Of a stretch of DNA of 35,626 nucleotides, positions 8,925-18,092 are shown piece by piece. The position numbers and the translations under genes are program-made. Position 1 is the stretch's first letter. Each line of letters starts with the position of its first letter. The notes beneath the pieces were generated by a model. That model searched no databases. It was not told the DNA's origin and saw only the letters and a program-made list of their open reading frames with translations. This DNA is from a virus (lineage: Duplodnaviria > Caudoviricetes): positions 1 to 35,626 of the IMG/VR virus record IMGVR_UViG_3300027707_000050; one strand, written 5' to 3'.

Positions 8925-10040
8925 ATGGCTGGAGCAGGAGTACGAGTATTTCAGGCAGGTGAAGTCCTGACGGCGACGTTGGTCAATACATACCTCCAAG
9001 ATCAGGTTGTGGCTCGCTTTGCTAGTGCCGCCGTTCGTGATGCCGCCTTTGGCGGTAGTGGGGAGCCAACGCTTGAAGAGGGCCGTGTTTGCTACTTGGA
9101 TTCGACCAACACCCTCCAGTACTACAGCGGCTCTGCCTGGGTTTCCATCAGTGCCGAAGCAGTAACCGGTGAAGTTCAAGCCAAGGGCGACTTGGTTGTT
9201 GGAACCGGATTAAACACAATCTCACGAGTGGCAGTTGGTGCAAATGACACAACCCTTGTCGCTGACTCAACAACTGCTACTGGGGTTGCTTGGAAGGCAG
9301 CACCTGTTGCGGCTGCCAACAGTATTACTTCTGCTCAAATTGTCACTGGCACAATTGTTGATGCAAACATCTCTGCTTCTGCGGCAATTGCTCTTTCTAA
9401 GCTTGCCACTGGAGCATTGCCAACGGCAATCACGGTCACATCGGCGAACATATCCGACTTGTCTATTGTTAATGCCGACATAAGTGCTTCGGCTGCGATT
9501 GTTGACACAAAACTTGCAACTATTTCAACGGCAGGAAAAGTGTCCAACTCTGCCACAACAGCCACCGACGCAAACACTGCTTCAGCAATTGTCGCTCGTG
9601 ATGCATCTGGAAACTTTATTGCTGGCAAAGCAACACTTGCAACGGCAGATATAAATACGGTTATAGAGACAGCAAATATTGTTGCATCTGCCTCAACTGG
9701 AACTATCAATATTGATTTCAGTACCAACCCAACGGTTTATTACACGAGTAATGCAACCAACGACTGGACAATTAATGTCCGTGGCACATCCAGTGTCACA
9801 TTAAATGACACCCTTTCAACAGGGCAAATTGCTACTGTAACCTTTCTGGCAACGATTGGAACGACGCAAAAAAGACCCACGGTATTCCAGGTCGATGGTT
9901 CTGCAGTGACACCAAAATGGATGGGTGGGACTGCACCAGCAACTGGAAACGCCAGTTCTATTGATGCTTACACGTTAGCAATTATCAAAACTGGTAGCGC
10001 CGCATTCACAGTGCTCGCAAGCCAGACGAAATTTGCGTAA
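8925..10040 (+). CDS. tail fibre-like structural protein
   Basis: GGAGG RBS. N-terminal F.AGEVLTA..VNTYL.DQ module, AKGDLVVGTG repeat unit, and an Ala/Thr/Ser-rich shaft shared with 22867..24453. Confidence 0.8.
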   Translation: MAGAGVRVFQAGEVLTATLVNTYLQDQVVARFASAAVRDAAFGGSGEPTLEEGRVCYLDSTNTLQYYSGSAWVSISAEAVTGEVQAKGDLVVGTGLNTISRVAVGANDTTLVADSTTATGVAWKAAPVAAANSITSAQIVTGTIVDANISASAAIALSKLATGALPTAITVTSANISDLSIVNADISASAAIVDTKLATISTAGKVSNSATTATDANTASAIVARDASGNFIAGKATLATADINTVIETANIVASASTGTINIDFSTNPTVYYTSNATNDWTINVRGTSSVTLNDTLSTGQIATVTFLATIGTTQKRPTVFQVDGSAVTPKWMGGTAPATGNASSIDAYTLAIIKTGSAAFTVLASQTKFA

Positions 10041-10046
10041 TGAACT

Positions 10047-11174
10047 ATGCCCTTCTTAAACCGTATTGGAAGCGGCTCAACTAACAAGTTTGGCTTCCGC
10101 ATGGGCTTCGTTCCTGGCGCACCTACATCTGTAACGGCGAGTCTTCCAAGTACATATGGCAATACCACTGCATTAGTCAGCTGGACGGCCCCCGTCATGT
10201 TGGGAAGCCCGGCATTGAACGATTATGTAATCCAGTATTCAAGTGACAGTGGTTCAACTTTTACAACATTCTCTGATGGGGTATCAACCTCAACTTCAGT
10301 GACTGTCACTGGTTTGACGAACGGATTTGCGTACGTATTTAGGGTCGCCGCAGTAAATACGATTGGCACGAGTGCATATTCTTCGGCGTCCAATTCCGTC
10401 ACGCCGCTACACAGCAAGATACCGACCCCCCTATTTACGATGGACGACGATACACAAGGTCGGGTAGGAATCGACTTTAGCAATTACTTGCAAACAGTTG
10501 ACCAAACATATGTTGCAAACCCTAGCGGTTTATATTTCTACAACTATTTTGACTGTGCTGGTGGCTTTTGCCCGAACGACACAAGTGGCGATAGTCAAGG
10601 CTGGACAGGACTTGGCTACAGTGTCTCTCGTTCTGCATATCTAAAAGTTCAAAGATTTGGCTATGCAGATTCAGACACCGTTTTCTGTTCGGAAACCTCA
10701 CCTCCTGAGCCTCCACCACCAGACCCATGTGCTGGCTCTCCTGCAGCAGGAACGGTCACTTCGGGGAACTACTGCAGCGGTACCACACTCGTGCGAAACG
10801 TATCAGATGGATGTAATGGCTCAACCGTTCAGACGGTGGAATCAAACAGCGCAACCTGTGGCGGTGTTCCACCCGACCCATGTGCTGGGGTGACATGCCC
10901 GGGAACTTGTGGAGACACAACGGGTTACACAGATGGTGGGATACAAACAGCGAATGACCCATTTGGTAACTGCCCTGGGTGCACGGGCACAACTTATAGG
11001 CAGTGGAATAGGGCATGCTGCGATAGTTTGGCATGTTGGACAGGTAATTGCGGAACATGCCCTCCCCCACCTTCCTGTGAAGGAAACTGCACTAATTGCG
11101 GTGAGCACTCGAGCATCCCTGGCGTATGTACAGATTTCTTTGGTGGATGTTCATGTTTCTACTATCAGGGCTAA
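10047..11174 (+). CDS. fibronectin type III domain protein with Pro-linked Cys-rich C-terminal modules
   Basis: PGAPTSV...VSWTAP...Y.IQYS...VTGLTNG..YVFRVAAVN.IG.SAYS is FN3. There are 23 Cys after the FN3 domain. Confidence 0.85.
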   Translation: MPFLNRIGSGSTNKFGFRMGFVPGAPTSVTASLPSTYGNTTALVSWTAPVMLGSPALNDYVIQYSSDSGSTFTTFSDGVSTSTSVTVTGLTNGFAYVFRVAAVNTIGTSAYSSASNSVTPLHSKIPTPLFTMDDDTQGRVGIDFSNYLQTVDQTYVANPSGLYFYNYFDCAGGFCPNDTSGDSQGWTGLGYSVSRSAYLKVQRFGYADSDTVFCSETSPPEPPPPDPCAGSPAAGTVTSGNYCSGTTLVRNVSDGCNGSTVQTVESNSATCGGVPPDPCAGVTCPGTCGDTTGYTDGGIQTANDPFGNCPGCTGTTYRQWNRACCDSLACWTGNCGTCPPPPSCEGNCTNCGEHSSIPGVCTDFFGGCSCFYYQG

Positions 11175-11217
11175 AAGGCGATAATATGGTGTCGAAATTA
11201 GAACAAAGGAGAAAAGT

Positions 11218-11439
11218 ATGAGCAAAATAAAGTTTGCTTTCGTTGTAGATGGTGATTTTGGTGGAGCACTTATAGTTTCAGAAACACACCCAAACCATGA
11301 ACTCTTGTGTGCCGTCATGAGAAGCGGTCCAGTAATTATTGAAATTCCAGAATCACACCCTAATTTTGATGAAATAACAAACGGTTGGACTTTTGATGGG
11401 ACAAATTGGAACCCACCAGCAGATCCATCGGAAGTCTGA
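11218..11439 (+). CDS. small hypothetical protein (tail-fibre associated type)
   Basis: AAGGAG RBS. Starts FAFVVDG and ends GWTFDGTNWNPP, a pattern seen in small genes following phage fibres. Confidence 0.7.
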   Translation: MSKIKFAFVVDGDFGGALIVSETHPNHELLCAVMRSGPVIIEIPESHPNFDEITNGWTFDGTNWNPPADPSEV

Positions 11440-11451
11440 TGGATTTTTTCT

Positions 11452-11682
11452 ATGACGAACGCTTGGCAGGAATATAAAAAGAAACTTGGTAACACACGTC
11501 CATGGGATGTAGTGAACCCCAATATTGAACATGTTTCCGAGGATATTGCATCATCTCGATATGCGATATGTGAAGCGTGCCCAAGTTTACTAAAGGCTAC
11601 CAAACAGTGCAAAGAGTGTGGTTGCTTTATGAAACTTAAAGTCAAACTCCCAGCAGCAGTATGTCCGCTCGGCAAATGGTAA
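11452..11682 (+). CDS. DUF6171-like Cys-rich small protein
   Basis: R..ICEACP.......QCKECGCFM..K.......CPLGKW signature. Confidence 0.8.
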   Translation: MTNAWQEYKKKLGNTRPWDVVNPNIEHVSEDIASSRYAICEACPSLLKATKQCKECGCFMKLKVKLPAAVCPLGKW

Positions 11683-11988
11683 TTCTAAATCAAGCAACTA
11701 AGTTTACAGAAAGTGTAGGAGTTTCATTAGCGACCAAGCCTTTTCTTGAACCATTTGATTACGGGATAAAACAACCAGTCCGTTTCGTCACCTGGAATAA
11801 TTACGTAATCACCAATTGATTCACCTGGAGCAAGTTTGTATCCTTTTGCTTCCCACTCCTCGGTCAAGCGCTTTTCATTTTCTCGGAATGTCTGTGACAT
11901 TTTGTTTTCCCTTTTGTTGATGGGTGGCACTTATCGTCTGATATCGGTGTTTGCCCACTCGGTAAGTGGTAATTCTAAATCAAGCAAC
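11677..11988 (+). repeat. 22-bp perfect direct repeat TGGTAATTCTAAATCAAGCAAC (11677-11698 and 11967-11988)
   Basis: Read directly from the sequence. Similarity extends about 18 bp upstream with synonymous differences. Confidence 0.9.
11727..11900 (-). CDS. small hypothetical protein between the direct repeats
   Basis: Likely start MSQTF (11900) after AAGGG. The ORF extends to 11930. Confidence 0.6.
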   Translation of the reverse strand: MSQTFRENEKRLTEEWEAKGYKLAPGESIGDYVIIPGDETDWLFYPVIKWFKKRLGR

Positions 11989-11993
11989 CAAAT

Positions 11994-12278
11994 TTATATA
12001 AAGTGCTTTGCAATAGCCGTGGTTGCCAGAATGATCCAACAGATATTAAACCAAATGATTGTCGGAAGAGTTTTGATGGTTGATGTAATAATCAAAGCAA
12101 GGCTTGATGCAAGGGCAAAAAGGTACATCCACCACCATTGTTTGTCAAAGATGAGACCTGGAACAATAATTGAAATCTTGGTCATGAAAGCCCAGGCCTC
12201 GATGGCGTTTACCTTGGTCCAGTAAGCCCTGTTACCCCAACGGCGCGTTACTTGCATGATTTCGGACGGTTTCAACAT
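11994..12278 (-). CDS. small membrane protein (about 3 TM)
   Basis: Hydrophobic, Trp-rich segments. Starts 3 nt after the upstream stop. Confidence 0.75.
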   Translation of the reverse strand: MLKPSEIMQVTRRWGNRAYWTKVNAIEAWAFMTKISIIVPGLIFDKQWWWMYLFALASSLALIITSTIKTLPTIIWFNICWIILATTAIAKHFI

Positions 12279-12281
12279 TGT

Positions 12282-13019
12282 CTACTCCTCTATATTCTTT
12301 CTTATTTCCTTTAGAACACGGGTTCTAAGTTGGGCATTGTTGAACATCTTATACTTCTCTGTCAATCTTGCAAGGAATCGTAAAGGACTAATGTGTACCA
12401 ATGACATGGCAAGGGTACTTAACTCTTCGGTTACATGATACCGATGCAGCCGTATGGGCCTGTCTGTGTGAAACTGAATATAACATAAAGCATCACCGGC
12501 ATTGACGTGTAGTGAAGTAACTCCACTCCACAGGTTGAACTCTATGTTCATTGGTCGATACCATTGGCCAATATCGTATTCTCCAGGAACAATCATTCCG
12601 TATTTGTGGCTGGTTGGCAACTCAAAATATGGAGCAGTCATACTTGCTATAACGCTTTCTGAAGAGAAGAACAATAAGCAATGGTGGTAATTGAAGTGCT
12701 CATTGTTTTCCATGGTCGGCCCGTGTAAGTGCTCCACGTGTGCCGGCAACTTTAGGTTTGGTTCATAAACGACATTTGCGCCATCCCAAGAAACCTTTGT
12801 TTCTTGTATGGTTCTGAAAACATACGTATGTTTCATCTTTTCGGACACAGCTGGGCAGTTTATGAAATTGGATCGTTCGGGGTCTTTTACTTGTTTTTCC
12901 AAGCACTCTTCGTATAGGGTTTTTGGAGAAGGGAACAGGTGGCTGATGTCTTGCGCTATGTTTGTTTGCATCCAATATGGCGCCCAATAAACATCAAGTG
13001 GTTCTAGTGTTTGCTTCAC
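12282..13019 (-). CDS. hypothetical protein, DUF6065-like, related to 15124..15981
   Basis: Contains NCPAV...YVF, PGEYDIGQWYRPMNIEF and GDALCYIQF, a dUTPase-like beta-clip pattern seen in phage oxygenase islands. Confidence 0.6.
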   Translation of the reverse strand: MKQTLEPLDVYWAPYWMQTNIAQDISHLFPSPKTLYEECLEKQVKDPERSNFINCPAVSEKMKHTYVFRTIQETKVSWDGANVVYEPNLKLPAHVEHLHGPTMENNEHFNYHHCLLFFSSESVIASMTAPYFELPTSHKYGMIVPGEYDIGQWYRPMNIEFNLWSGVTSLHVNAGDALCYIQFHTDRPIRLHRYHVTEELSTLAMSLVHISPLRFLARLTEKYKMFNNAQLRTRVLKEIRKNIEE

Positions 13020-13582
13020 TTAGCGCCCTCAATTCTGCTTTTGTGCTCTTCTAGCAAGTTTTGTGTTTTTTGTTTGGCTAATAAATTATTTTCGTGTGGG
13101 GTAATGCTACCAGTGATTGACCAGTGGTTTGGTTTTACATAATGGTAGAAGGCAACTTCAACAAATTTTATTGGGTCTTTAGTTGGGTATTTCGGTCGCC
13201 AGTGCAGTTGGTCTTCTCCCATATATAGCACGGCATCACCATCGGTCATGGAAAACTCGGTTCCGCTCACAACTAGTGGCCAGCCAATCGTTGAGCGTAA
13301 TTGAATGTCAAATGTGTATGCGCATGGATTTGAGTCCACGTGAGGCGGCACGTGCGGACTGCCATATCGTGTTGAGTACCTAACCCATTTTGCATATGTA
13401 AATACTAAGTCTTCCCCATATTGAATTTTCATCTCTTCTTCTATTTTGAAGTTATTAGGTAGATTGCATGATTTTCTACCCCAATCATCGCCGCCCCATA
13501 CTTCTGATTCGATTGATTCTCTTATTTCTGTGCACTCTATGGGTGACAAGAATTGGCTGACAAATTTACTCTGCATAAGCAA
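13016..13582 (-). CDS. 2OG-Fe(II) oxygenase
   Basis: PHVD (HxD)...WPL...GDAVLY.G....HWR facial triad. Confidence 0.8.
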   Translation of the reverse strand: MLMQSKFVSQFLSPIECTEIRESIESEVWGGDDWGRKSCNLPNNFKIEEEMKIQYGEDLVFTYAKWVRYSTRYGSPHVPPHVDSNPCAYTFDIQLRSTIGWPLVVSGTEFSMTDGDAVLYMGEDQLHWRPKYPTKDPIKFVEVAFYHYVKPNHWSITGSITPHENNLLAKQKTQNLLEEHKSRIEGAK

Positions 13583-14024
13583 TTCCAGTACCGTTATGCT
13601 TATTCATCCACGCTTTACAAAACGCAACGGAGCCCATGCAGTAAAAGCCTCTTGACCCGATTTGATATACCAAATTGGATTTCCATTTGATTGCATCGGT
13701 TATTAACCAATTAAGGGCTTGGGCGCTTATCACAACGCTGTCTGTCTCAATTGCTTGCGTGTAATCCATTCCTTCAAATACTTTGTATACAATAATTACC
13801 TTAGAGTGTTCTGGTTTTAACCATTCTGGAATGTGTAAGTCTCTTTTCCAAGAGCATTCAAACTCCCTACAAATAGGTGGTCGGTCTTGATATATCGTGC
13901 ACCCAGTATGTATAGACACATGTGGGCATGGTGACCCTTTCTGAACAACATGTTCATTGATAACAATATCCAAGTTGCCATCACAGCACTTAATGCACGT
14001 TCCGCAAGTTCGAGTGTTAATCAT
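13566..14024 (-). CDS. YkgJ/CxxCxxCC-type Zn/Fe-chelating protein
   Basis: CGTCIKCC...CPH.....CTIYQDRPPICREFEC.W. Confidence 0.85.
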   Translation of the reverse strand: MINTRTCGTCIKCCDGNLDIVINEHVVQKGSPCPHVSIHTGCTIYQDRPPICREFECSWKRDLHIPEWLKPEHSKVIIVYKVFEGMDYTQAIETDSVVISAQALNWLITDAIKWKSNLVYQIGSRGFYCMGSVAFCKAWMNKHNGTGIAYAE

Positions 14025-14027
14025 GTT

Positions 14028-14705
14028 TTAAAACTTGATGATAGTTGGCTCTATGGTTTGTGGGGGCGCGGCTGGAATGTCCTCAAGTCGGTTGGCGTAC
14101 ATAAATGTACTAATCATCCATTTTTCATCCGAGATGGGAACCATACCCATGTGTGGATGTGTCCAACTAGCAGGGAAAATTGCAATAGAACCCTGTTTGG
14201 CAGGGATTACGATGTCGTGCTCCGGAAACCCAGTACCACCGCCGACATCAATTGTGTTCAGGTACATTACAACCCCCAAAACTCGCTGATTGAGTGAACC
14301 GCTATTCCATGGAGCGCCATCGTAGTGACGTCTATAAAAATTGGTTCTCTGCTTGTAGTTCTGCAACCGATACCCGGTATCTATTAATTGTGGGCATAAA
14401 GCGTTTAGTTCGTAGATTTGCTCAACATATAAAGCAAGCGCCCCATACAGGGCATGTGTTATTTTTTCTTCATAATTCATAAAAGGTTCGGCAGGGATAC
14501 CTTTTTCGGCTATGTCTTTATGACCAAAATCAAAATCCATAGACGCTTTAATGTCCGCTTGGACGCCACCAATGGTTGGTCCTGGATAAAACAACTTGTC
14601 GTAGTGATACTTGCACTCATTAATTATTCCCACGCAAACTTCTTTTGGGATAATGTTTTCTACGACGGCAATACGGTGGGGCTTACCACCTATAAAAGTA
14701 AGCAT
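14028..14705 (-). CDS. 2OG-Fe(II) oxygenase, prolyl-4-hydroxylase-like
   Basis: HYD...RVLGVVMYLN....GGGTGF......P.QG.IAIFP..WTHPH.G......KW. Confidence 0.9.
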   Translation of the reverse strand: MLTFIGGKPHRIAVVENIIPKEVCVGIINECKYHYDKLFYPGPTIGGVQADIKASMDFDFGHKDIAEKGIPAEPFMNYEEKITHALYGALALYVEQIYELNALCPQLIDTGYRLQNYKQRTNFYRRHYDGAPWNSGSLNQRVLGVVMYLNTIDVGGGTGFPEHDIVIPAKQGSIAIFPASWTHPHMGMVPISDEKWMISTFMYANRLEDIPAAPPQTIEPTIIKF

Positions 14706-14714
14706 CCACCCCCC

Positions 14715-15131
14715 TTAGTTGTTTACGCTTATGGTCATTTCATCCAAAAGGTTATCACCATTAAAGCACTTCAAAACAAAATCTCCAGAAATTTCAATGC
14801 TTAACGGGATACCAATTCGGTGCTTGTCGTGGCGTACTGCTCGAACAGTGCTGCTGTTGTTTTTGCTCACCACCTGAAAGGACATAGAAGAGCAATCCAT
14901 AAAATCATTGAGATACATAATGGTAAAGGGGGAAGACACACCAACAGAAAAGTATGCAGGAACAAACCCAACATCTACGGGCACGGTTACAACCATGACT
15001 TCTTTTCTGTTGAAATCAATCTTTTCGGTTCTTGGGGAATCACCAATCTGAATTGGTAATAACCACTCTCCGGCTAGTACTTCGGCCTCGGCTAGTTCGT
15101 TTTCCGTGGGACAATATACAACCCTATCCAT
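14715..15131 (-). CDS. hypothetical protein
   Basis: Likely start MDRVVY (15131) overlaps the upstream stop. The ORF extends to 15218. Confidence 0.6.
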   Translation of the reverse strand: MDRVVYCPTENELAEAEVLAGEWLLPIQIGDSPRTEKIDFNRKEVMVVTVPVDVGFVPAYFSVGVSSPFTIMYLNDFMDCSSMSFQVVSKNNSSTVRAVRHDKHRIGIPLSIEISGDFVLKCFNGDNLLDEMTISVNN

Positions 15132-15981
15132 TATTGTTCTTTCGCAATTTTTTATCGTGTCTAGATTGCTCTCTTTTGTAAGAACCCTTCCAGTCAAAAC
15201 CTTGTTCAATATTGTCAAACCCTAACTTGTCAAGAAGTTTGTGGGTGGCTTCATCGCCTTTTAGTAATTCACTTGTGATTAAAGCGCTTTCCCTCTCAAA
15301 GGGGATAACATGCAACATAGGTGTTCCTTCGGCAATAGAGAAGGGCTGTGTTGTCGTAATATTCAAAACGATGTTGCAGTGATGGTAATAGTCTGTATGA
15401 ACAACGCCAGCCATTACAGAATAATTACTGTTAGGTTCCCATTGCGGCGCTATAAATAAGGACGAATAACCTGGTGCTGTCTTAAGCAACCACGGGTTTT
15501 GCAATTTTAGGTAATCTGACTGTTTCCTCTGCTTCATTGATGCCACAGGACATTCCCCTGCTTGACCATATCCAAATTGATTACGATCTACGTTTGCTTT
15601 GCTTATGAGTTGTTCATATGCCTTATTGTCTATTGGCTCAACTAAGTAAGACGGAGCATTGAAGCGAGCGTCCCAACTTGAATTTAGCTTTGAGACTGGT
15701 TCCCGAACATCCAATTGTGCCCATAGTGGGATGGTGTATCCGGTCCTCATGTAATCTGCAAGACCATAACATCTTCGCAATCCCAAATCCCCGTTAGCAA
15801 CTTCCTTGAACCAATCAGGTGTCTTTTTATTATTTCTGTAAATGGCTACCTTGGGGTGCCACAGAGTGTTTGATAAGGGGATGGCCAACAATTCATGCTT
15901 CTTTGGTATCGGTAGGCCTTCCCACATGTCTGCCTTGACCGTAACATGTTCGTTATTTTTTTTGTTTGAAAATAGACGCAT
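15124..15981 (-). CDS. hypothetical protein, DUF6065-like
   Basis: PDWFK...RRCYG..D.M..GYTIPLW, K..NPWLLKTAPGYSSLF, GVVHTD.Y and GTPMLHVIPF.R. Confidence 0.7.
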   Translation of the reverse strand: MRLFSNKKNNEHVTVKADMWEGLPIPKKHELLAIPLSNTLWHPKVAIYRNNKKTPDWFKEVANGDLGLRRCYGLADYMRTGYTIPLWAQLDVREPVSKLNSSWDARFNAPSYLVEPIDNKAYEQLISKANVDRNQFGYGQAGECPVASMKQRKQSDYLKLQNPWLLKTAPGYSSLFIAPQWEPNSNYSVMAGVVHTDYYHHCNIVLNITTTQPFSIAEGTPMLHVIPFERESALITSELLKGDEATHKLLDKLGFDNIEQGFDWKGSYKREQSRHDKKLRKNNNG

Positions 15982-17431
15982 GGTCTACCAATCCATTTCG
16001 CAATTGCTCACTCTTGAAGCCTGCCATTGACGCTGCCGCCCAATCCCTTGAACCAAAAGCATTTAGTTGTATTGTCGCCGCATCTGGGTTGAGTACGTTT
16101 TGTCCTTGAGCAACATGCCACAAATGTGCTGAATGAAATAGGCCATATCCACTGTCTGGAAAATCAGTTATGGAAGGCACTCTTTCTTTCCACAATTCTA
16201 GGAGATTTTGTAATGTCTCGGGAAGTTCGGCATTTTGTTGTGCTTTCCACATTTCCGAATCAGTTCTATCAGAAACGTAATGTAACGAGATCATAACTAA
16301 AATGTTATCCATTAGTTCTGCTAACTTCTTATTGTAATCTTTTGTTTGAGCCTTGCTTCCCTCATTGAAGGTAGGAAGTAGTTGCCCAATCATTCTGGCT
16401 TGTTGAATTGTTGTAGAGATAGAAGTTGCTTCTAAAGGTTCTACAAAAGAACCTGCCAGCCCTACTGCCACACAATTGTGTTTTAAGCCCTGCTTATAGT
16501 AGCCGGACTTAAATTTAATAATCCTTGGGGTAAGTTCTTTGCCAATAAGATTTGATACTTCTTTGACCGCTTGATCATCTGAGCAAAAATCAGATGCATA
16601 AATGTACCCGTTGCCACGTCTTTCTTGCGTAGGTATTTCGAACACCCACCCACTAGACAGGGCTCGCGCACGGGTGTATGGTCGTATTTCCCCAGAAGGG
16701 TCTGACTCTGTTTGAAACACCGCGGCAGAATCTGTTGGAAGGTACTTTCGGTAACTTACAAAATCATCTTCTTTCACAATTTGAGACATTATGGCTCTTC
16801 TAAAGCCTGATGCATCTACAAAGAAATCGGCAAGGATTGAACCATTCTTGATCAAACCAACTTCGGTTATAAAACCAGAAACTGTGTCTTGTTTTACGCT
16901 GGTAACTTCGTCATCAATAAATACAACATCCCTTGTTTTGGCAACAACCGTAAGATAGTTGTTTAGTTTTTTGGTGTCAAAGTGAAACTGGTTTACAGAG
17001 TCATGTTGGTTTGCGCCCGTGACTTTTACTATGTTGTTGTTGTATAGGTGGGATATCATTGAACTTGTTAGCAATCTATTGTTTTCTAGACAAAACGCAT
17101 AGTTTGCCGCAAAATCATTAGGACCCATTCCTGGGAGACTTACGCTATGAAAATAGTCTGGCGTATGGTTGGTCCAATTCTCAAACCTAATTCCATACTT
17201 GTGGGTGGCGGCACACTCAGAAACCATTTCATTAACATTGATGTTGTATGGAGTCTGAAAGCCCTGTCTCCAATGTTCGGTCGAACCTTCACCGACTCCA
17301 ATTATGCCAATAGATGAAGATGATATTACTGTTATTTTGTATAGTGGAAACATTCCACGAAGCATTATGGCCGTGATTAGTCCAGCAGTACCCGACCCAA
17401 CAATACAGACGTGCTTTTGCATGTCAAACAA
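15953..17431 (-). CDS. flavin-dependent (tryptophan halogenase family) halogenase
   Basis: GSGTAG FAD motif, IGVGEGST, ATHKYGIRFENW (Lys in the PrnA K79 context), FFVDASGF, GWVFEIP (WxWxIP variant) and FVEPLEATSI. Confidence 0.93.
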   Translation of the reverse strand: MFDMQKHVCIVGSGTAGLITAIMLRGMFPLYKITVISSSSIGIIGVGEGSTEHWRQGFQTPYNINVNEMVSECAATHKYGIRFENWTNHTPDYFHSVSLPGMGPNDFAANYAFCLENNRLLTSSMISHLYNNNIVKVTGANQHDSVNQFHFDTKKLNNYLTVVAKTRDVVFIDDEVTSVKQDTVSGFITEVGLIKNGSILADFFVDASGFRRAIMSQIVKEDDFVSYRKYLPTDSAAVFQTESDPSGEIRPYTRARALSSGWVFEIPTQERRGNGYIYASDFCSDDQAVKEVSNLIGKELTPRIIKFKSGYYKQGLKHNCVAVGLAGSFVEPLEATSISTTIQQARMIGQLLPTFNEGSKAQTKDYNKKLAELMDNILVMISLHYVSDRTDSEMWKAQQNAELPETLQNLLELWKERVPSITDFPDSGYGLFHSAHLWHVAQGQNVLNPDAATIQLNAFGSRDWAAASMAGFKSEQLRNGLVDHASIFKQKK

Positions 17432-18029
17432 ACCATGAAACGAATGAATATTTTATTTCGTCTGTAATATCCCCCACAGAGTTTGCGTAGTGGAAGTACG
17501 GAAAGTTGGATGGAAACAACAAAACTGCTCCAGCCTTTGGTTTTACAGTTATATCCAAGATTGGAAATACCAATTCCCCACCTGCATAGCCATCATTGAG
17601 ATACCCAATAACACTAAGAACACGCTGGTTGGATGGGTGATGGTCAACATGACCACGGTATTCTGCACCACGCCCGTATTTAAGAACACGGTAACCTTCA
17701 TCCTTGCTTAGGTTGAGTGCGTATTCGTTTCTGTAGTGCCACACGGCCTTGTCTGTGTCGGACCGAATTTTGTCCCAAGAATTACGAATTGGAATCAAGC
17801 GGTCAATTGCAAGTTCTGACTCAGCAACATTTAGTGGGGATAGTTCACACCCCAAAGAGGAACGGTAGTTGTCTGCTCTGAGGTTTTCGCCAGAGCCAAC
17901 AAGTGTTCTAAACCAGGATAGATAGCCCCAATCGTTCTTGCATTCTTCCTCAAGCAAGTTTATGAAATTACCTGGAGTAAACACATTTTCATATAGGGAT
18001 ACACAATTACCGAGATCAATTGGTTTCAT
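17424..18029 (-). CDS. 2OG-Fe(II) oxygenase, prolyl-4-hydroxylase-like
   Basis: LKY..G.EY.GHVD...RVLSVIGYLNDGYAGGELVF...LFPSNFPYFH......KYSFVSW. Confidence 0.9.
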   Translation of the reverse strand: MKPIDLGNCVSLYENVFTPGNFINLLEEECKNDWGYLSWFRTLVGSGENLRADNYRSSLGCELSPLNVAESELAIDRLIPIRNSWDKIRSDTDKAVWHYRNEYALNLSKDEGYRVLKYGRGAEYRGHVDHHPSNQRVLSVIGYLNDGYAGGELVFPILDITVKPKAGAVLLFPSNFPYFHYANSVGDITDEIKYSFVSWFV

Positions 18030-18092
18030 GTGATTATCCTACAATATCTGTGTTGGGAAAACAGAAGGTTTGCAGTCTGTGATATTGCCTTT

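Noticed and set aside
11677-11988. CRISPR mini-array
   Set aside because: Only two copies, 268 bp apart, enclosing a gene. The repeat overlaps a coding 3' end and there are no cas genes.
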